From: Raillietiella orientalis
Lineage: Eukaryota
Assembly: GCA_036172245.1 (NCBI GenBank)
Contig: JAYWIR010000088.1
Coordinates: 124,001 to 188,000 of the forward strand
Length of the DNA stretch: 64,000 nt
Direction: 5' to 3'
A program made the position numbers and the translations under genes. Below the pieces are notes generated by a model that saw only the letters and a program-made list of their open reading frames with translations, was not told the DNA's origin and did no database searches. Of this stretch, positions 1 through 15,069 are shown one piece after another. The first letter of the stretch is position 1; every line of letters begins with the position of its first letter.

Positions 1-1717
1 GGTGATCAGAGCTTGTCTGAGCAAATCTTCATCTTTTCCAGTGAAATACCAATATGAGGATATCCTCGCTCCGATGTGCTCCTCAGAAACATTGCAGTGA
101 GATTTCTGAAAGAAAAGCAGACCCTTGTTCCTTGCATGGTGACAACAGAGGGGGCCACCAACGCAATTTCTGTACGGGCAAGATGCTTCCGTGTCGACTC
201 CCCCCTTCGAAGAAGCACACTGGAATGCAGAAATGGACAACGCAGGCAGCATGCAGTTGTCGGAAACCGCGCAGCAGTCGATAATGCTTTGCTCGCTCAA
301 AGGTATCAGTCTGTCAGTGCCCATGCAAGCAGCACCTTCCAGAGCACCCACCTAACATTTCCTCATGCAGACACAACACTTTCGAGATGTTGAGCAACGT
401 TACCGCGCTGAATACCCAATCGTAGCTGCAATAGCCTTGGTCCTTCACTGGACTCACGCAATTTTTATCTCTCCAATCGAAATTCTCAGGCGCAGAAGTG
501 AGAGCATCAGGAAACGGAACTCGGAGAAGAGGTGGCAGACCTCCTTTCCATTCAGTCAGTCCTCTGTTCCTCTCCCAAGCTTCCTGGAATCGAAAAAGAA
601 GTGCAAACAAATTCGGAGGAGCTTCCGATACTCTTCCGTGAAGCTGACAGAACTGCTCACTAAAGGAATCTGCATCTTAGAAGCATGAGGACAGTTCTGA
701 GAGAGGGCACTTGGGACGGGCAATTTCCTGCAGTGACAGCTGCAAGGAAATGGTGAAGAACGGCGACTTTTTAAGGAGCCCAACACCCGAACACCCAAAC
801 ACTTCCCGTGCGTGGCGAGAGAACGGGCGGGCCAGCGTGCAGCTCGCCACACTTGCCCGGAAGGCATTCGCGAGAGGATGCACTTGTTGGCACTCACCGT
901 GTCGGCGAACCGGTTCAGAGCCATCCTGAAGCTGGTCTCGTTTCTCTCGTACTTTGCGTTGTGTTCCTCCACCATTCGCTTGTTCTTCAGGTAGACGGAA
1001 AGGCGGTGCCTCTCTTCTCCCGTGCTCGCGTACTTCTTGCCGTGCACATGCTGCAAGGAAACGGAGGCAGTGTAAGAAATGTGCAGGTCAACGGTGCGTG
1101 GTTCATGGGGAAGCAGTCGCCAAAGAGGGAGACATGAAGTCTGCGTGGGTGGTCATGGGGTTGCTTTGCAGCGGACGAGGAGGTGCCAGCTGTGACCTAG
1201 GAAGCCGCAGTACGGGAGCAGCGTGACACCGCACGAAGCGAAACTTTCGTCTCACGCTCGGACTTGTGCACCAAGTGGATGGAAGCGGAACATGCTCGGA
1301 GGCATCAGAGCCACGGTAGCTTCCAGCTGGAAGAAAGCTGCTGGTTGCATGGAAACGGACTGTGCTCGCACGCTGAAGCCATTCGGAATGGTGGAACTGC
1401 ATGCACATCGGATGGAGTGTTGCCATGGGAGAGACGTGAATGCGCATGTAACGCCTAAACTTGATGGCAAGGGAAATGTGCAAAAGTAAAAACCCTGCCA
1501 CTCCCCCCAGGGCTCGCGATCTGATTCAGCCACCGACTTTCTTTCCTTCTCGTTCTTCTCGATTTAAGCTGCAGCCGAAGGGAATCTGCGGTTCGCCGCG
1601 GGGACACGGCGATTCCGACTGGCATCCGGAACTCACCTTGAACTTTGCCCATTCCTGGTTGAGAGGAGTGGTCAATGCTAGCAGCATGTGCAACTGAAGA
1701 AGCAAAAGGACAAGCAT
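1..1717 (-). CDS. Cathepsin L-like papain-family (C1A) protein, probably catalytically inactive (Cys25->Asp); 3' end runs off the window. Exons 1717-1637, 1050-898, 583-404, 351-163, 105-<1
   Basis: Spliced translation gives a signal peptide MLVLLLLQLHMLLALT, an I29 propeptide with an ERFNIN-like EERHRLSVYLKNKRMVEEHN and ALNRFAD, and a mature domain FDWRDKNCVSPVKDQGYCSYDWVFSA|VGALEG..LSEQSIIDC..GGVDTEASCPY..DEDLLRQAL. All introns are GT-AG and sit at the same positions as in the plus-strand cathepsins; exon 2 is 153 nt in both. Confidence 0.9.
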
Positions 1718-1949
1718 GTCGATCTTGTTGAAAGGGAACTCACGTGCACACTGTGGGGCCTGCAAGGCGTGCGTGAACTGCACTATATTGAGAGAGTGGA
1801 ATCCTGGTCCCTTCCTGATTGCTTTTTATGGAAAGTGGTTGTATCTACGAGATTGGTCCTTATCTGTTTCTGTTTCGGCGTGTTTCCGATGGGAAAGTTC
1901 TCTGTGGTGCAAAACTTCAGCGAAGCATTTCACACGAGAATGACTTCCC

Positions 1950-4750
1950 GAAAAGGCATCTGTCGGTTGCGCAGATTCTGCGCCTCAGTGCGCTCCACCG
2001 AGCCTCAAGTTCGCGACGTTGGTGTTGTGGAAAACGTGCATCCCCACCTCCGTCCGCGGTATTCATCCGCCAGCCTTTTTATTCGCTCTCCCAAAGCGTC
2101 ATAGTCAGTCGCATATGCGGTTTTTGTGCCCGTGCGCAACTGCCAGCGGCGTTCCTCATTCGGTGCTTCTTATCTGCTTGGTGACGTCTTGTTTGCTGCG
2201 AATATGGCCGAGCCGGGAAGCGGGCACACGGTCTCAATTCGAAAGCATGTTAAAAGGACTGATCTGCCACCTCAGCGAAAGGGTTGCAGAGTGCCAAGCA
2301 TGTGCATATGCTGGCATTTGCAACAGGCGATGCTGAAGAGAGGCAGGATTTCTTGCTGAAGAATAGCCACACCGATGCGTTCCGTCAGCGGCGGTGGCGA
2401 AAAGTTCGAGCAGGTACTTCGCCCTTCTTCTTTTTTTTTTTTTTTTCTTGATAAGTATTCGTCCCTTCGAGAGCGTATTCTTACGCACTGCGTTTTGGGA
2501 AATGTGTCCTAGCAACCCGTTCATGTTAAGGAGTGTTTTCTTCTCTTTGAGAGTTTTGGTTCGGATAAAAGTGAAAACTCCATTGCGACTTCGAGCTTCC
2601 GGGTACGAAGAAGAGGTGGAATGTGCATCAGCTTGGTGCTGAAGGCGCGCCAGTAAGCCTGCTTCAACGCCAGCGTCCAGGACGTGGGCGCATGGACCAG
2701 ACATGAAGTGACAGCCCAGGATGAGAGTCAGAAGAACTGCGATGCGACGATCCGAGGAACTTTTCGTGATCGGGAAAACCCAGCAGTTGGATCTCTATGG
2801 TGCGGATCTCGCAGAGGCTGTCGTGTTTTTTAGTTGTAGCCAGCGGAAGATGCAGAAATGCAGTCAAGGAGGGCGCAGGTAGCTCTGGAGGCAGAGAACT
2901 TGCAGCGTGTTCGTCTTAGGGAACTCCGGTTCCCGTCACGGACGCTGCTTCTAAAGATCGTGTCATCCCACTTGGATCTTTTCAGGTCACTTTTAGAGTT
3001 ATTTCAGTTCTTGCTTTCGTCATCTGCTTCATCAAGGGACGGCACCACGCTTCCTTCTTGAGTGCAAAGCTTCCTATCTGAGCTTCCTTTGTTCGCAGAG
3101 AGTCTTAAGTTCTTACCTCACGAAACTTCTTTTTAGGATCGTGTGGACCACCGATGGCTGCAATCCTCATTTTGGCCTCTGTAGGGTGGACTCTTAGTGC
3201 TACGCTCTCGCTGCTTGCTGAGATAAGGTCGATTCTTTCTTCTTATTCGCACAGAGAGGAAATACCTTTGAAGAAATGGGTCACGAGAAAAGAGGAATAT
3301 CTTCGCTTGCGGTGCGTTGATCCTTGGTTGCGTAAGTGTCGGCCTCAGCCTCTGATAGAAGTCGGATTTCGTAGGCTGAAGGTCAGAATCCCGAGTGCAA
3401 ACTGCACCGTTGCTGGTTCCTACTGCACTTCCGCTTTTCTTCCGAGAAACCGTGGCTTTTCCGCTTGGAACCCTGGCACGGGTTTGGCGTTGGAAGTCGC
3501 TTCAGGAAACGGCGGACGTCTTGTTCTTTGCTCGCGTGCATTCGAAGAATCCGTTGACTTGGACCGACCGTGGATGTCCGCGCTGGAGGTGGTGACAGAG
3601 AAGGCGGGTGGGAGAATCCGGTGATGCGTCAATACGGCGAAATCGGATGCTGGAGCCGGAAATTTTGCTTGCCGTGAGCAACGAAACCCTCAGAGCAAGG
3701 GAATTCGTGCAAGGCAAGCCTTCTCAAGGACTGTTTCCAGACTGCGGTGATTCCCATGGGAGTGGAGCAAACGACCAGCTGCACTGAGGAGCTCATCAAG
3801 TGCTTTTTCCACTGCACTGCGCGAGATTCCCTGCCCTTTGCGAGGAAGCCGAAGGAAGAAGTCACGGTCCGTGGCGGCTTCAACTCTTTCCCTTTGCTTT
3901 CTCGGCATCTGCTCGTACAAACGGAGCCGTCCGAGTGTAAGCGTGTTGAAAACGTGAGGTTCCCCGAGCAGGATGTGCTGCTCGTTTCCTGTTCTCCACT
4001 GCGGCATGAAAGATGACCTCTTCTTGGAGTTTTCGTGCAGAAGCACGACCATTAGCACCACGGAACTTGGACTTTCTGCTTGCAGGTCCTCATTGAGATG
4101 GAGAGCCCCTGGGTCTGTCCGCTCGCTTTATTTCTGTTGTCTGGCAACCATGTGTGACGAGTTTCAGGAGAACGAGCGCAGCATTTTCGGTGCGTGCGCA
4201 AACAAATTTTCAGAGCTTCCGTCTGCAACTGATCCATAGCAAGCACTCTCTCCGCACCACGGTTCCTTCTGCAGGGTGTTCGTCGACGAGCGACGAACGC
4301 TGGCCAACACGCTGGGGATCCTGAAGACCAGCATGATCTTCCCGGGGCGTGCCCAAGGCATTCGTAGAGAACACGCGGGTCAGGTGGGCGGTCTTCTACC
4401 CTGTGGCGTGCGAGGTGGACTGCAGGGGTAGGGGGGTGCCCAAGGTGATCTACGATTTCGCGATGAACGTGCGGCTGATCCTGCGGAAGGAGGACTGTGT
4501 CTGGAAGGTGAACTCCACTTTCCAGCCTGGTGAAGTTCGTAGGCAATGGGTGACGATGCTGCTGGAAAAGGCGAAGACTCTGGTCGATCTGACCTCGTGG
4601 ACGGTGGCGTTCTCCAGGACGCGGTCGTAAACGTGGACGAAGCGGTGCCGCGACTCCCGAGCGGAGCACGCCGACCGGCACCTCCACCCTATCGAGGTCC
4701 AGAACGCAGCGCCACGGCTGCTTCATGCAAAAAATTGCATCCGACTGGTT
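1950..4750 (-). mobile_element. Degenerate L1/Tx1-type non-LTR retrotransposon remnant (ORF1-like, APE and RT fragments)
   Basis: Frameshifted fragments in the expected order: VVLLHEN (APE DVxxLQE-like, ~4040), KKHDSLCEIRTIEIQLL..DHEKFL (RT KKxD..RPIxLL..DxK-like), FIRTKTL..LLNMNGLLG..AVRK (ING..RGVRQG-like), QMPAYAHA (YADD-like). Matched by eye only. Confidence 0.5.
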
Positions 4751-5199
4751 CATGTTTTCCGGAAGGAACTCTCCATGTTCCCCTGCAACAAAGATTTTGC
4801 TTCCTTGGACCCTTTCCGCGTTCCTTTGTCGTTGCCGTAGGTCCAGATGGTAACGTTGCCAAACCAGCGGGGAAGAGATCCGCCGTGACCGCCGCCACGC
4901 GAAGCTGGGGATTTTGCACGCGGCGGCGCAGAATTCGTGATGGATTCCAGTGCTCCAGGATTCTGGGCGTTTCTCCCAAGATGTTCCCTTTGGTTCCGCA
5001 GCTTTTCGGCAACTGTTCAGTGACAGGCGCCCTTCCTTCCGCCCTAAACTTCAAAACTTCAAACTGCATACCGTATGCTGGAGCGTACGTTGGGATGGCA
5101 CGGGTCCTGCTCTAGAATGACGTCGAATTCTGACAGCCCCCGGGAGATTCGGCGCTTCCGTTCTTTTTGTACCGTGACTTCCATTTCTCGTGGGATTTT

Positions 5200-8100
5200 C
5201 GAAATTCCTCGCAAAGTGGTTTAGGGGAAAACAGGAAGAAACCGATCCCCGGAGCACTCCATCGCGTTCACGACCCAGGATCTGGTGCCTAAGAAGCGCT
5301 TGTCCTTCTGTCCGAGATCCTCTGGACAGAAAACTGCAAGCATTCCGCGTGCTTATCTTCGCCCCGGGGAGCTGGCAGCTTCCAGATGACGGTTGATTGT
5401 GACCGAACTGTTCACCTCGCTCTTTGCCTCCCATACGTTGAATCCTTCGAGGGTTGCAGCGAAAGCCAGTCTCGAAGCTGACCGGTCCTTTGCGACCGGA
5501 AAAGAGGAAGGACTGGGCGACACTGAGGAACCTTGGGAAATCGACGGTGGCAGTTCCATCGAGAAGCAACCCGTAAGGCTTAAAAGAATGGCAGAGAGAC
5601 GTCTCTCACGTCGTCACATAGAGTTACATCAAATGGAGTGGCGATACCCAGGGTTACATCGAGTTTCACGCCGATCAACTTCTGAGCCGCATAGACGTCA
5701 TATAGGAGAAGGGATGTCACTACCTGCAAATGGGGGACACGCACCATCGGCTGCCGTGCAGGATGCTTTCTTCTTGCAGTCTGGTCTCCACGCTCAACGA
5801 GGGAGTTTCAGGCACTTCCTGGCCGCGACCCTTGGGGTTGCTCCGTCTTCGTATCCCGATTCTTCTCTTGAAGGATGCTCCGCATCCGATCCTGGTGCTC
5901 ACGAACCCTCTTGGAAGCGTCAGCCGCACATTCGAAGTTGTCCGACTGTCGTCAACCGTTGCTGCACCCCATCCCATTCACAAGAGGGACGGGCAGTTCC
6001 TCTCCACCAATTGCTCAGAAATGCGCCCCCTGCAGTACCAGGTTTTCGCCTCTCGCCGGTGGCAAAGGAGCCTTGAACTTCGCATCCGAATCGTCCTTCC
6101 AGGTGCTTTCCTTCTTTGGCTGCATCGCCTCCGCCGAACTCTTCTGGACAGAGCCACCGTGCTGTTTCTGAAGTGAACAACGGTGCTGGAGAAAGGAACT
6201 AGGAAGAAAGCTTGCAAGAGGTGGTGGTGCGCATGTGAGATCTCAACGAAGGATAATCTGGTTGCCTCGGCGACGTGTTGAGAAACGAGCAGTCCTGCCA
6301 TTGCCCTGGCCGGTTGGATCCCTTCTGTTGGCTGCGTTGTCTTCCATTCCATCAGCCATGCTGGCGCTAGTTGTTTCTTTACCTACCTCAAGGCAGTAAT
6401 TCTGTATTCTGATCAATTTGCCCTAGTGTACATTCAGGACTCAGGGTACGGCAAAGCCTGGGGTTATTTCCGTTGCGGTCGTCTCCTGACCTTGCACTGC
6501 AGAGAGGCAGCATCGTTCTTCATTAAACTCGATTTGAAGCTCGTGAGTGCGCCGTATTCCCTCTTTTTTAACAAGGGATTGCCAATACGATCATCAGTTC
6601 TGTTGGCTATGTCAGGGACCTTCAGCATGGTATTTGTCATCTTTCATAGATGGAAATGGTGTTTGCTACTGCCTCGAAATGAGAGTTGAAACTTTCTTCA
6701 GCAGCTCCATCTTGTTGGAGAACGACGAGCAGATCTTCTACTGTCAGTATGCTTTCTGGGAGTACAGGATTTGGTTCCAGCGGTTGACTCTTCAGGTCAG
6801 TGGATGCGAAAGACGACCAAGTCCTACGGGGTCGCCCGCATGTCCTACGCAAACCTCTTGAGGTGCACGGCGCCGTGTTGCGACATGCTGCCTGGCAGGG
6901 ATGTACAGCAAGCATATTCTGCGGGTGTACAAAGAGCCAACCTCTAATCAGAAAAAAAAAAAAAAAAAGAGTTGCACAAAGCTGCACCAATATGGAGGAA
7001 CATCAATAAGCAGATACCTCTGTATTGGGGGATGCAAGAGCATTTCCCAAGAGCCAGTTCAGGAACTGTGAAGACAGCGGAAATAAACGGAAGCATTTGT
7101 ACGATCTTGCTCCATCTCAAGTACTGTGTCAAGAATGAACCACTTGCAGATGGTACGCGCGTCTTCGAGATGTGTCCGCATGATTTACTGCTCTCTCCTC
7201 ACTCTACGTCGCGGAGATGTTTCAATCCGATCTCGGATTTTATAAGAGTACAGTTCAAACCTGCACGGTGTTACTGACTTATCTTGGTCATGGGGATTTT
7301 ACTTTTGCATATCATCGAACGGTGCAGGCGTACCGAACCGCTGAGGTTCGTTGAGTGCACACTTGAACTACATGGAGCTGAGACCGACAACTGGGTGGCT
7401 TCCCACTTTCAGTCCTTGCGGGTGCAGCTCAGTCCCGTGCATGGCACAGTTGGTTCTGGCTTGCATCTGGAAGAGCCGGACGTGTTGACGCCCACGGAGA
7501 ACCTCCTTAGTCTTCCCACACCATTTTGAGTGCGGCACCCGCCACCTTTTATTATTACTGTTAGGCTGGTGGTTCGGCGTGCATGAATCCACTATACTGT
7601 CTATCAGCATTGACCTAGACGTAGATTTCACATTAGGTAATTGCATGTGCTGAATGGCCGATCCCATCACAGAAAAAAGGTTGCTGCATTTTCTCCGACT
7701 GCCCGTTCGCTGCGCATGCCTAGCAGCCCCGACAGCGGCTGTCGTAAGGTCTTTCTCTGACGTTTCTATGTCTCAAAGCAAAGTGCTGAATAATGATTAC
7801 GTGTCACTCTTAATGATAAGCAGTTAGGTCTATCCCACATTGCTTTTCCCATCTTTGTTTGCACTTTTCAAGTGTTGAAGCGTCTAAAGAGTGATCACCC
7901 TGCAGTTGCTGACTGCAATCCAATAGTTGTGGCTCAAATATCTCTTCTAAAAAGCTTACGGTGACTTCCAGGGTTTCTCAAAAATCTTTCCTCGTCAGTG
8001 TCTATTGCATTCTTGCTTGCAAGACACCTTAATGTATCTCGAAAGATGGGCCCGATTGCTTCGAAGCAAACAGCTAAGGCTGGCTGCCAGGCTGCGTAGC

Positions 8101-8300
8101 AAAGCTGTTGATGGGGTCTTTATTAAGACGCTTCGAGACGAAACCATCGGATGCGCCTCTCTTCGAGTTCATAAAGGTGGGTAGCCGCATCGGAAAGGAA
8201 GTGACCAAGGTGGAGTGTGCGGCCGGGGATCTTAGTAAGTTCATTCGGAAACCCGACTGGCAGTGAATCGGAGGCCAATCACAGCAGTAATGATCAAAGC
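5200..8300 (-). mobile_element. Degenerate L1/Tx1-type LINE remnant
   Basis: ILTVEDLLVVL (RT domain-0 IT.EEL..AL-like), followed by RIGNPLLKKREYGALTSFKSSLMKND (I.LL.KK.D..RPISL.N.D-like) at ~6.5-6.8 kb; many stops and frameshifts. Confidence 0.45.
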
Positions 8301-8649
8301 GGATGATGAGGAAGAGGGAATTTTTTCTTCTTCTTCTGAAAGGGTGCAGCTTATCATAGAAACAGCATAGTAACGAGTAGAAAAGTATATTTTATGCATG
8401 GTAGATGAAATAGCAAATTCGTTCTTTGCACAAGTGAGTCGAGTGCCTTGATCTGCAATCTAGAAGCAAAAAAATGACCATGGGAAGCTCACACGTGGAA
8501 AAATTCTGGAGCCCGAACTCTTGAGTGTGCATTTGCGCATTTCACTGAGGCGACACCTGAGAATTCAGGCCCTGGTTTTCATTCGCGGTTTGGCTTCCGG
8601 CTGTTTCAATTGTGGGTCATCCTTGAACTATGCTGAGGAGGAATGATGC

Positions 8650-9950
8650 GCGCTCGGTGGGGCGTGAGCTGTTTCAAATGCCCGCCACGCGGTCCAGAGG
8701 CTGCAGGCGATCTCCCCAATCGCAGGAAGTGCAAGAAGCGAGTAGGATTACCCGTCCCATTCGGCATTTTTCTGTCGGTGCCCCTTGGCTGAGAAGGGCG
8801 ATGCGGACATTGCTTGCTTCTGCGACACAGGAACCATTTTTGCGGGTGCGTGCCACGGACGGTGTTCGGTTTCCGGCAACATCCGGATGCGGCTCCTGAT
8901 TACGAGAAAAATGGGCTCAAAGGTGTGCTGCAGCACAAGGTGCCAGTAGGCCATAAGAGCGTGAGAGGAGCGCGCTCACAGCAAGGAAACTCTTCTTCAG
9001 TTCACCCACGAAGAAGAGAAAACTGCAGGAATTTCCTCTCATTTGCTTCAGGAGCTCAGGCATCAGAGGTCCCTTTCTTCAGAAAGCTCCTTGTGTCCGT
9101 ACACCGTGTGAAATGTTCCTCGGCAGAGTTTGAATATCGTATGCACACCACTGTTGGCAATGCACACCACAGCGTGCATAAAGGTCATACCTTATGTACG
9201 CTGATATATCCTTCAGGGACGTAGCCCTCGTAAGATTTTATGTGGAATGCGGAAGCGCGACTGTGGTTTCCTGGCATTCTACCACGAAAGGATCCGATCG
9301 TACTGGTTCCTTAAATTTGCGCATGCAGAGGACTTTGAGAAAGGGAAATGCAAAAGAAGGAGAGATGTTCCGCGTTCTTCTTGATTGTCTCTTTTCTTGA
9401 ACGCTCTTTGCTGAAACGCTTCACTGAGGACTTTCCGATGTTCCTCCGTCTTCCGTTCCAATACACTTCCCGAGAATTCTGCATGCTTGGGCGAACTGTT
9501 CCATTTTCCCTGCACTTATCCCGTGCCTTGGGAATTTCTGATTCTCTCAGCGCTTCGTCGTTGATCGAATCCAAAGCTCTCCGGTGATTCTGCGAGGAAC
9601 GCTCGCACTCATGATGATGCTGATTCGGGAACGAAGTGTGAAGATCTCTGTCTACTGCTGTGCTTGCTTGTTCTTGCAGCACCTTTGGTGGGCATCCGCC
9701 AGAGAACCGCCATCCAGTCTGCTTCCTATTGCTTGAGCCTGAAGCGCTAGGTGCCATTTGAACCCCGAATCCGTTTGCAGAATGGCCTGGCTGAAGACTG
9801 CCCGCTCCAAGCAATCCGGCACAACCGCCTCGATTTGGTTCACCAGCCACCCGCTGCTCACCGTTGCAATCATTTGCTCGTTGGTGCGTCTGTTCACGGT
9901 GTGACGTTGCGGTCCTCAGTACCGCCTGCACAGACAGTTGGCTCCGTTCC
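8650..9950 (-). mobile_element. Degenerate L1/Tx1-type LINE, ORF2 C-terminal part
   Basis: SGFKWHL..RLDGGSLADAHQRC (F.W..GGLGL.D-like) and downstream LWCALPT..NSAEEHFTRC (decayed zf-RVT/CCHC-like). Confidence 0.4.
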
Positions 9951-10299
9951 TATTGAGTCATGCTGGAAAGCACGTTTTCAACTTAAGAAAACCTGAAATT
10001 ATTAAACTATTAACTGACGTCAAAAATGCTGTAATACGGGAAGGAAAATTTATACTGAGGAAGAAAATGGAAATTTCCAGAAAAACGATGTGCGATGTGG
10101 ACAGTACTCAATCACCGAGACATCCTAGAAAAATTCAAAACTTCAAAAGTCCGTCCCGTTTTCCGTGAGAGGTTTTAGAAGCATCCTGTAAACATATAGA
10201 CGCATTACGTAGGTTCTGCAAGGAACTAGCGTGGTCGTGTCCACTTTGCAGACCTCTTGAACTCGAGGTGTCACTATCGGAAAGCGTTCTCTAAGGAAC

Positions 10300-12050
10300 G
10301 GGAGAAGACAGGGCAGAAGTTTGATCTACATTAAATGTCAGGAACGAACCCTAGTCTCAGGCGTGACGGCTGCTCCTGAAATACAGCACACAACATGACG
10401 TCAACGTGATGCAGTTCATGGTAGTTGATGCAGCCCGCATTATCACCTTCCGGGAGCGAAGGAGAGAGACCACTTTCTGAATGAATCTTCCAGGTTCCTC
10501 GCTCCCATACGTGAACGAGCATGCACCCAATCTTCCCTCCTGGGGGAACGACAAAACGCAGCTTCCATACGACACAATGGCACCGCGCCCAGCAGCCGTA
10601 ACACTTTGCTGAAGTTGTTGAAGCGAGTGGGGAAAGCGATCTCCAGTTCGCCTTTCAATCGGTCTCGCCGCTCACACACGCACCAGTCCTGCCCTCAGGC
10701 AGTAAAGATCGCCCGTGCACACGCCGGCACGTCGATCACGTTCTTACACGAGGCGTTGCATCACAAGCTGGGCAACGAAGAATTGAAGGATCGCAACAGT
10801 GGGGGTTCCCTCTAACTGTGGAAACCAGTGGACTCTGATCCGCGTTCGCGGCCGTGTGGCTACGAGAAAGCATTTTGGAGGCTGCCCACCAGGTTAAGAA
10901 AGTGGAGCCGCCCCCTTCCCTGGAGGAACCCTGCATCACCTACCATGCAGCTAGTTGACACACCATCTCAGGGTTGCCTCCTCAAAGTGAAAGAGGTGGG
11001 CAGCTTCCCGCTTCACAACACACGGCTCCTAGNNNNNNNNNNNNNNNNNNNNNNNNNNNNNNNNNNNNNNNNNNNNNNNNNNNNNNNNNNNNNNNNNNNN
11101 NNNNNNNNNNNNNNNNNNNNNNNNNNNNNNNNGTCCCACTGGGTGAAGCAGGCTTTCTCTTCCACCCAGGATTCAAATGCACACCTTTCCATTCTGGAGG
11201 AATTCAACGAAGAACGTACAGAGGGAACCAGCTGACAACGTTGAAGGGAATCAAGGAACGGTGAAGCAGCAATCCAGGGTTTCAGAAAAGTGCCGCCGCC
11301 TGGCAGCCCGTGGGTCAACCACTTTCCAGCAGTGGCTGAGCGGAATGGCAGAACACCCGGAATGCGGGACGTCGCTTCGGAAGGAAAGTCCGCAGATTAT
11401 AAAGCAGCGTTGTCCCTCTGGACGCGCGCACGCGCGTCTTCCTTCCAGAAAATAGAGCTGTTGAGGGTGACGATCACCAGGCAAAGATGGCAAACAACGG
11501 AGACGGCCGTTCCGCGCTCCGCAGCTTCACGACGAAGGCCCGCTGTGCCACGGAATTTTCCGGAAAGCGCCTATCGCGGTTTCTTCCGTGGAAGGGATGC
11601 GAGTCGGAGAACCGATGCTGCGTGCACATCCACGTTCGGATTCGGGGCTACCTGCAGGAAGCCCACCGTTGCCCACGTCCATCCTCGCGTGAACGGTGGA
11701 TTTCATGGACTGAGTGGTCGCGAGCAAATACACCGTCGTGCAAAGTACACGTTCGCCTGAACGTTGCCCCTCCCGGTGTGGACGAGCACATCCGCACGTC
11801 AGCAAGCTGTCGACGTTCAGTCTGCGATTGCATGGGGGCGGCTGGGGTACGGTTTTGCTTGCTTTGCTCGACATTCCACGCAAACCCAATTTTAGCACCA
11901 CATCTCTTGGTCGACGGCGCTGCAGACCGAAATAACCACGGTAAAGCACTGCGTTTCCACGATTCCTCTACCTTCTTTTTTTGCTTTTCATTTTTTCTAC
12001 AGCGCAGATAAGATTACAGGGCATCTTCGATACCCTTTTTTACGTCATGG
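10300..12050 (+). mobile_element. Degenerate LINE remnant spanning the N gap
   Basis: NGDGRSALRSFTTKARCA (GGLGL..F..KA-like) and ISWTEWSRANTP. The sequence just left of the gap is a diverged homologue of 22040-22080. Confidence 0.35.
11033..11132. other. Assembly gap (100 N)
   Basis: Run of exactly 100 N, a typical placeholder of unknown true size. Confidence 1.
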
Positions 12051-12884
12051 GCATCCTGCAAGTATCCGATTGCATTCCCCAATAGGCTCGTAGATAAAGT
12101 TCTCCTAGAGGCTGCTGGAATCATTCCATGGGAGATTTTTGAATTTTTCCTGACCGCGGCGGCTTTCGCAAGATGTGCGGCTGCCCCTCGGCGCTGCGAG
12201 CACCGTGAACACCCATGGAAAAACCGGCAAATCACTCCCTCCACTGCCAACATTGCCCTTCAACACGCTTTGAGCGCCAACCCGCAGACTGCCTCGTGGT
12301 CCGCCCGCGAGATGCAACACGCGCATTTCCATGCATGCGCTGCATGTAGGCGTCAGGAAACAAGAGGGGGGGAGGGGGGAAAGAGTTCCGGGTTAGAGAG
12401 TTACTTAGTAGAGAGTTAGAGAGGTACTCCCCTTAGAAAGTACTTCCTGACGTCCCCGGCCGGGAGGTTCCTCGTCCTGAAGCGTTCGACGTCCGCTGTG
12501 CTTGAGGGTCGCTGGAGAGCGTCTCCGTGTCACGACAAGCAGTGAGCCACTGGACGGAGACAACAGAAAAAAGGTTGCGCCGTCTCCGAGGTCCCGTGAA
12601 ACAGCTCGGTCGTTGTTTGTTCCAGGCCTGCGTGCGCGGTGCAACACCCTGAGATAAAAATCCAAACAAAGAACGGGAACCATCCCACGTAAGTGACGAA
12701 AGACTCAAGGTGGCCAAGTCCCCAGGGGAAACTATTCAGATGATCTTTGGAATTAGGCAACTGACCGTGTGACAGTGAGCGAGGGAGGCGATAAAACACT
12801 TGCAAATGTGTTAAATAGGAAGGAATCGGGGACTGATTCGGAAGAAACGTCTCTCATCTAGCCACGCACCGGTCAACTGGAGAA

Positions 12885-14926
<2,042 letters not shown>

Positions 14927-15069
14927 TCGTGCAGTGCTATGGCAACCCAAGTAGAAACAAGCCCAGCATCGTGTCTCGGGTGTTGGGGGAGGCGGGGTGA
15001 GCGGGAAACCGGGTGCGCGGAATTCGTTCTGCGGGCATAGAAGTTTTCTTCAGGACGAACAAGGAAGAA

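Noticed and set aside
2900..8000. In-frame TGA/TAG within protein-like stretches, suggesting stop-codon recoding
   Set aside because: Genuine genes here terminate at TGA (myotubularin, SmydA, DHX37) and use TGG for Trp; the stretches are TE fossils. One stop is a visible CGA->TGA change between copies (33840 vs ~41092).
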